A stretch of DNA of 64,000 nt. Origin: an uncultured Methylomirabilota bacterium (lineage in GTDB: Bacteria; Methylomirabilota; Methylomirabilia; Methylomirabilales; 2-02-FULL-66-22). The notes below the pieces were generated by a model, which was given only the letters and a program-made list of their open reading frames with translations, did not search any database and was not told the origin of the DNA. Below are positions 58,930-64,000 of the stretch, piece after piece; position 1 is the stretch's first letter, and each line of letters starts with the position of its first letter. Position numbers and translations under genes: made by a program. The stretch lies in contig OY970067.1 of assembly GCA_963705305.1 (NCBI GenBank), forward strand, positions 1,024,001 through 1,088,000, in the 5' to 3' direction.

Positions 58930-61383
58930 CTAGATCAGCGCCGATTCCAGGACGATCCCCCGGTCCAGCATCTTGACGGCTTGCCGGAGCGACGTCTGGA
59001 GGCCGGCCGGCAGCTCGGGGCTATCGATCAGCTGCCGGCACAGGTCGATCAGCCGGCGGAAGGCCCGGATGAGATCCCCCTCGTGGCCGCCGAAGGTGTT
59101 CCGGATGAGCAGCATCCAATCGTCCTCGCCGGCCGCCCATTCGTAGGCCGCCGCCAGGAAAGTCGTGTGCATCGAGACCGGCCGGAAGACTCCCACGCGC
59201 TGCTGGACTCGCTCCACGTCCCCGGCCAGGCTCTCCAGCGCTTGGAGGCGGCGCTTGAGGTGCGGCAGCCGCTTGAGGAGCCGACGGGCGTAGAGCGTCT
59301 CCGTCTCACGCGGCTCTTCGACCACACACGAGAGGAGCGCCACGGCCTCGGACGGCGGCAGCCCCTCCAAGAGGCCCGAGAAGGCGACCCGGGCGACGAG
59401 CAGCTCGTTGTCATGACGCAAGGAGGCGATGAGGCGGCCCATGGGCTCCAGGGTGGCGTTCGCCAGGCACCCGTAATGTCGCAGCACCTCGACCACGCGC
59501 AGGCACTGTTCCCAGTAGGATTCCTTCAGGGTTCGCAGCGTCCGCTCCTGCCCCTCGATGACCTGCCGGATCCGATCGGAGCGCTTGAGCTGCCGCTCGC
59601 GGTTGGTCCGCTGGGGGCACCGATGGCACGGAATCTGCGAGAGCTCCAGCGCCAACGCCTCCAGCCGCTGCCGCGCATCGTGCAGGCTCTCCGACCAGGG
59701 CGAGGCGCCGTCAGGTCCTCCGCTCCGCCTGCGACCGCTCCGCCTGCCGCCGAGACCCAGCCGCCGGACCCGCTCCCGCTCCTCCTCGAGGAACGCCCGC
59801 TTCTCCCGGTACGCCAGGAGGTCCGTGAGCGGACAGCAGGGAGACGCGATCCCTTCCGCCCCGGCCAGCCGCTGTAGCAGGTCCGCGCGCTCCTGCTCCA
59901 GCCGCCGGATCTCCCGCCGGTTCTGGAACTGGCCGAAGCTCGACTCGATGACGCGACGGACGGCGGGCGGCTCGCGATAGAGGTCCACCAGCAGGGCCGC
60001 CGAGCTGTAGCTGACCCGGAACCGACTGCGCACCGGCTCCGGCTCGCCGGCCAGGAGTTGGCGCACTTCGGCTTCGGCCTCCGGCGCGTCCAACGCCAGG
60101 ACGCACATGCCTTCCGGGTCGATGCCGCGGCGGCCCGCCCGACCCGCCATCTGGGTCAGCTCGTTCAAGGTGAGCTGCCGAAAGCCGCTCTCGCTTCGCT
60201 TGCGGACCCCCTGGATGACCACGCTCTTGGCCGGCATGTGGATTCCCAGGCTCATGGTCTCGGTGGCGAAGACGACCCGGACCAGACCGCGCTCGAACAG
60301 CACCTCGGTCAGCCGCTTGAGCGCCGGGAGGATGCCGGCGTGGTGGAGGCCGGCCCCCCGCCGCAGCCCGTCCAGCAGCAGGCTGTTCACCTCGGTCTCC
60401 GGGATGATGCTGGGGTAGTCTCGCAGGGTGTTGGCGACGGCCTCGTCCACCTCGGCGCGCCGCTCGGGCGGCAAGAGCGACCCGCCCTCCTCCAGGAACC
60501 GGCGGAGCGCCCGCTCGCACCCCGACCGGCTGAAGATGAAATAGATCGCCGGAAGCCAGCGGCGCTCCTGAAGCTGGGGAATGATCCGATTGGGACTCGC
60601 GGGCCGCCGCCGATCCCGATGGAGCGCCCCTCGGTCCCCGCCGCGATCCCGCTCCCAGCGACCGCGGACGCGCGGCGGCCGCGGGGAGGGGTGGGGGCGC
60701 GGGGGCGCCTCCACCGGGAGGATCTCCCCGTCCGGGAAGCACAGCAGCTGGTGCAGGGGAACCGGCCGAACGGGATGGAAGATCGGCTGGACGGGACGGT
60801 GGACCTGGCTGATCCATTCTGCGATCTCGTGGAGGTTGTTCACGGTGGCCGACAGCGCCACCAGCTGGACGGTCTTGGGGCAATTGATGACGATCTCCTC
60901 CCAGACCGTCCCCCGGCCCTCGTCACCCAGATAGTGGCATTCGTCCAGCACCGCCGTCGCGAGATCCAGGGGCTTCTGGAGAAACAGGAGATTGCGCAGA
61001 ATCTCCGTGGTCATGATGAGGATGGGCGCCCGCGGGTTGACTTTGACGTCCCCCGTGAGGATCCCTACCAGGTCGGACCCGTACTGGCGGACGAAATCGG
61101 CAAACTTCTGGTTGCTGAGCGCCTTCAGGGGAGTCGTATAGACGACCTGTCGCTGGGCGGCCAGCGCTCGGTAAATGGCGAACTCGGCAATCAACGTCTT
61201 CCCGGCGCCCGTCGGGGCTGAGACGAGGACCGATTCGCCCCGCAGGATCCAGCGGATGGCGTCTTCCTGGAATGGGTCGAGGGGGAATGGGTAGCGCCGG
61301 CGGAAAGCGTCCAGGAGGGCCCGACTCTCCGGGCTGAGCTCTCTCGAATCCTCCGCGGGAGGGGTTTCCGAATTCACGGCCAA
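58930..61383 (-). CDS. Ski2/HelY-like DExH RNA helicase
   Basis: APTGAGKT, YTTPLKALSNQK, DECH, LSAT, ATETMSLG, QMAGRAGRRG. Confidence 0.92.
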   Translation of the reverse strand: MAVNSETPPAEDSRELSPESRALLDAFRRRYPFPLDPFQEDAIRWILRGESVLVSAPTGAGKTLIAEFAIYRALAAQRQVVYTTPLKALSNQKFADFVRQYGSDLVGILTGDVKVNPRAPILIMTTEILRNLLFLQKPLDLATAVLDECHYLGDEGRGTVWEEIVINCPKTVQLVALSATVNNLHEIAEWISQVHRPVQPIFHPVRPVPLHQLLCFPDGEILPVEAPPRPHPSPRPPRVRGRWERDRGGDRGALHRDRRRPASPNRIIPQLQERRWLPAIYFIFSRSGCERALRRFLEEGGSLLPPERRAEVDEAVANTLRDYPSIIPETEVNSLLLDGLRRGAGLHHAGILPALKRLTEVLFERGLVRVVFATETMSLGIHMPAKSVVIQGVRKRSESGFRQLTLNELTQMAGRAGRRGIDPEGMCVLALDAPEAEAEVRQLLAGEPEPVRSRFRVSYSSAALLVDLYREPPAVRRVIESSFGQFQNRREIRRLEQERADLLQRLAGAEGIASPCCPLTDLLAYREKRAFLEEERERVRRLGLGGRRSGRRRSGGPDGASPWSESLHDARQRLEALALELSQIPCHRCPQRTNRERQLKRSDRIRQVIEGQERTLRTLKESYWEQCLRVVEVLRHYGCLANATLEPMGRLIASLRHDNELLVARVAFSGLLEGLPPSEAVALLSCVVEEPRETETLYARRLLKRLPHLKRRLQALESLAGDVERVQQRVGVFRPVSMHTTFLAAAYEWAAGEDDWMLLIRNTFGGHEGDLIRAFRRLIDLCRQLIDSPELPAGLQTSLRQAVKMLDRGIVLESALI

Positions 61384-61475
61384 AGCACCCCCCTCTCAGC
61401 GCGGCCGGTTCGGCGGTCGGGGGATCTGCCGCGCGGCAGGAGGCCAGGGGAATTCCCGGGCCGGCGGCGCGGGGC

Positions 61476-62090
61476 TCACTCGGCTGGAAGGTGATGGCGT
61501 CTTCGGAACTCCCAGGGGGGCTCCGGGCTGGGCTGGGCCCAGAGGCCGTACTTGCCCACTTGGGCCTGACGTTCGGCCACCTCCAGCTCGACACGAACCC
61601 TGATCTCCTTCAGCCCCGGGCTCACCCACGCCAGGCCCTCCTTGACCAAGAGGAGATTGACATTGAGGTCTCCCAGCCACACGACTGCCAGGATGTGTCC
61701 GCGCCGATCCTTGCCGTAGGTGTCCATCTGGACCTGCTTGTCCTTCAGCAGGTCATGAAGATATCTTGCCGCTTGCATGCCATAGGGCTGCCCGGGTATC
61801 GCAGACCCCCGGTCGTGCGGGAGGCGTGATTCCTCGGGCGCCTCGATTCCCAGCAGCTTAATGTGGAGCGCCGTTCCGTTCTGGGTCACCACCACCAGCT
61901 CCGCTGTGCCCAGAACGGACACCACCGTTCCCCACGGCCGATGATCGCTCGAAAATTCTCCCATCAGTCCCTGGGTCGTCAGCGTGGCCGGAGCCGCCTC
62001 GGTCCACACCAGGAGGCCCAGCAGCACCCCAAGGCCCCGAATCCCCCAGCGGCCCAGCCAAACCCCCACGGCTCCTCCCTGGTCGAACAT
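61476..62090 (-). CDS. Thermonuclease (SNase-like) family protein
   Basis: IKLLGIEAPE, QPYG, KDRRGHILAVV, NLLLVKEGLAW, AQVGKYGLW. Confidence 0.8.
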   Translation of the reverse strand: MFDQGGAVGVWLGRWGIRGLGVLLGLLVWTEAAPATLTTQGLMGEFSSDHRPWGTVVSVLGTAELVVVTQNGTALHIKLLGIEAPEESRLPHDRGSAIPGQPYGMQAARYLHDLLKDKQVQMDTYGKDRRGHILAVVWLGDLNVNLLLVKEGLAWVSPGLKEIRVRVELEVAERQAQVGKYGLWAQPSPEPPWEFRRRHHLPAE

Positions 62091-62170
62091 CCTCTCGGCC
62101 GCGGCGGATCGCCCCGCCGCGTCCGCGCCGTCCCTTTGTCCCGGACCGCTGCGCGCCCTCGCGACGACGA

Positions 62171-62392
62171 CTACTCAGATCCGTGTGGCCGGATGGCCAG
62201 GACCTGGGTGGTATTGATGGCCAGGAACTCCCGCGGCGTCCCGCTCGGATCCATCACACCCGTCATGGCGATCATGTCAGGTTTGGTATTGAGGTAATCC
62301 ACCAACCGGCCACCGGCAGGCAGGGTCACCTTGCCTCGGTACCACCCCTGGATGGTGAGGACCTCCACGACCATCTCCTGCCGTTGTGCCAT
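62171..62392 (-). CDS. Small hypothetical protein
   Basis: 73 aa with normal composition (YRGKVTLP...RLVDYLN...FLAIN); co-oriented with neighbours. Confidence 0.65.
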   Translation of the reverse strand: MAQRQEMVVEVLTIQGWYRGKVTLPAGGRLVDYLNTKPDMIAMTGVMDPSGTPREFLAINTTQVLAIRPHGSE

Positions 62393-62610
62393 TCCGGCCC
62401 CCTGCCCCACGGTCTCGTGTGGGTCGACCTGTTGCCCGGTCCGCCGGCTCCCCTGTCCGGCTGCCAGCGCCCTTTGGGCCCTGGTGAAGGCTAACGAATG
62501 CTCGGGGGACTGTCAACCGCGAAGGCGGATTTGCGCCGGGACGCCGCGGGCGAGCAGGGCCTGCCGCGTGTCTCCGCCGGATCCGGGAGGCCTGGACGCT
62601 CCGGAGGGGG

Positions 62611-63477
62611 CTACAGGCCGAGGGCCTCCAGGGCGGTCGTGAGCCGGCCATGCTCCGCCGCGGTCAGCGCGCGAAGCGGCGGGCGAACCGCCGGCGAGGC
62701 AATAATCCTGCGCCGGACCAGCACGGCCTTGTACCCGGTGATCGGCGGAAGGCCGGCCGTCAGGGCGTCCAGCTTGGTGGCCAGCGCCTGCTCCGCCGCC
62801 GTGTCGCCTCCCGACCGGATGCGGGCCACCAGGCTGGCAAAGGGGGCGGGAAGGCATGCCGCCGTTCCCGAAACGGTGCCGGCCGCGCCCTGCCGGAGGG
62901 CCTGGGTGATGAGGGAATCACAGCCGATGAAAACGCGGGCCCCCGTCCGGAGGTACTGCCCCAGCTGGACCAGATCGCAAGCGCTGAATTTCAAGCCGCC
63001 GAACCGGGGGTGACGGCATAGCCCCCCTAGCACCTCCTCGGGCACGGACACGCCGGTCAGGCCCGGGATGCTGTACAGGTAGGTGGGGCAGGCGGCGGCG
63101 TCCGCGATGAGGCGGAAGTGCTCCTCCATGGCGGCTGCGTCCACCCGGTAATAGAAGGGAGCCAGCACCGCGACGCCGTCCACCCCGGCCTCACGAAGCT
63201 GGGACGCCACCCGGGCCGCCGGGACCGTCGCCAGGCCGCCGCACAGCGCCACCACGGGCACGCGCCCGGCGGCGAGCCGGACTGCTGTCTTCACCACCGC
63301 CAGCCGCTCCCCGTCGTCCAGGAGGAGGCCCTCTCCGGTGGTCCCGGCCACGAATAGCCCTTCCGCGCCGGCTGCCAGCAGATCGATCACGTGCGCCTCA
63401 TAGGAGGTCAGATCCACCGCGCCGTCCTCATGCATGGGCGTCACCGTGGCGATCACCAGGCCCGCAAGCAGCCGCAT
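62611..63477 (-). CDS. Dihydrodipicolinate synthase/N-acetylneuraminate lyase family aldolase
   Basis: TVTPM, GTTGEG, APFYY, LYSIPG, GLKFS (Schiff-base Lys). Confidence 0.88.
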   Translation of the reverse strand: MRLLAGLVIATVTPMHEDGAVDLTSYEAHVIDLLAAGAEGLFVAGTTGEGLLLDDGERLAVVKTAVRLAAGRVPVVALCGGLATVPAARVASQLREAGVDGVAVLAPFYYRVDAAAMEEHFRLIADAAACPTYLYSIPGLTGVSVPEEVLGGLCRHPRFGGLKFSACDLVQLGQYLRTGARVFIGCDSLITQALRQGAAGTVSGTAACLPAPFASLVARIRSGGDTAAEQALATKLDALTAGLPPITGYKAVLVRRRIIASPAVRPPLRALTAAEHGRLTTALEALGL

Positions 63478-63560
63478 GCCTGCCTCCGTGCTTCTCGCCG
63501 CCTTCCGGACGGCCTCCGGCGGTTCGCCCAGATCGCTCGCCAGGCCGCGATCCTTCCCGG

Positions 63561-63983
63561 CTATGGCCTCTGCCAGAGCAGTTTCCCGTCGCTGCCGAAC
63601 AGGCTGATAACGCCAGCCCCGGTACTGAGCACCCTCAGGATGGCGCGCGGTCTTTCATTCTCATCGGAGATGGCCAGGCCCATTCTTCCATCCGGCAGGA
63701 TGCGGACCTCCACCCGGGGTCGCCGCTCCTGATCGTAGAGCACCAGGGCGGTCTTGCCCTCCGGGAACGCGCCCAGCTCGGCCCGGACCTTTCCCTTCGT
63801 ATCCCGCACCACGAATCGTTCTGCCTCGACGGTCTTCCCGCTTTGTGTCTGTCCCATCATGGTGAGGCAGGCGATCCCCAAGAGCATCACGCTTCCCCAG
63901 CGCTTCAGCCGCCGGTTCTCTCGCTCCACGCGCTCCAGCCGCCGCACCACGGAGTCAGGGGTTCCGTCCATCATGCCCTCCAT
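63561..63983 (-). CDS. Hypothetical membrane-anchored protein
   Basis: Coiled coil (RRLERVERENRRLK), one TM, then repeated D..G..R beta units. Confidence 0.65.
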   Translation of the reverse strand: MEGMMDGTPDSVVRRLERVERENRRLKRWGSVMLLGIACLTMMGQTQSGKTVEAERFVVRDTKGKVRAELGAFPEGKTALVLYDQERRPRVEVRILPDGRMGLAISDENERPRAILRVLSTGAGVISLFGSDGKLLWQRP

Positions 63984-64000
63984 GTGGATTGCCGCCGCCC

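Overview
GC-rich bacterial window, about 47 genes, almost all on the minus strand; the gene mix suggests an anaerobic or microaerobic Gram-negative organism (lineage not determinable here). No rRNA, tRNA, CRISPR array or transposase was recognised. It is a carboxylate and electron-transfer region: glcD/glcE, tungsten AOR with MoaD, LctP permease, a cytochrome-c-fused CydA-like pair, nifJ-type PFOR, a tripartite tricarboxylate transporter, a four-gene oxalate oxidoreductase with a CDC48-like ATPase and a FadR-type regulator, an MtrAB-like porin-decaheme conduit, a heme-c sensor kinase with a sigma54 activator, transhydrogenase (frameshifted), fumarase, a tandem malic enzyme, an MFS transporter, a GAF kinase/NarL pair, a 13-heme c/b cytochrome, a c7-type cytochrome, hemL/hemB/ahbD, lptD and a HelY-like helicase. 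The top candidate for an undescribed system is a family of three related ~125-150 aa leader ORFs. Each has a basic N-terminus, one TM segment, a D-x-x-D-x-D motif, a Pro-rich linker and R-[SA]-[HC]...[DE]PA at or near the end, and each sits directly upstream of a different carboxylate-transporter operon, like an arrest or attenuator peptide. Other highlights: a hidden selenoprotein (U-P-H-C with a SECIS-like hairpin), a three-promoter sigma54 cytochrome regulon, a complementary pseudo-dimeric malic enzyme, an sdhA remnant and a structured terC leader.
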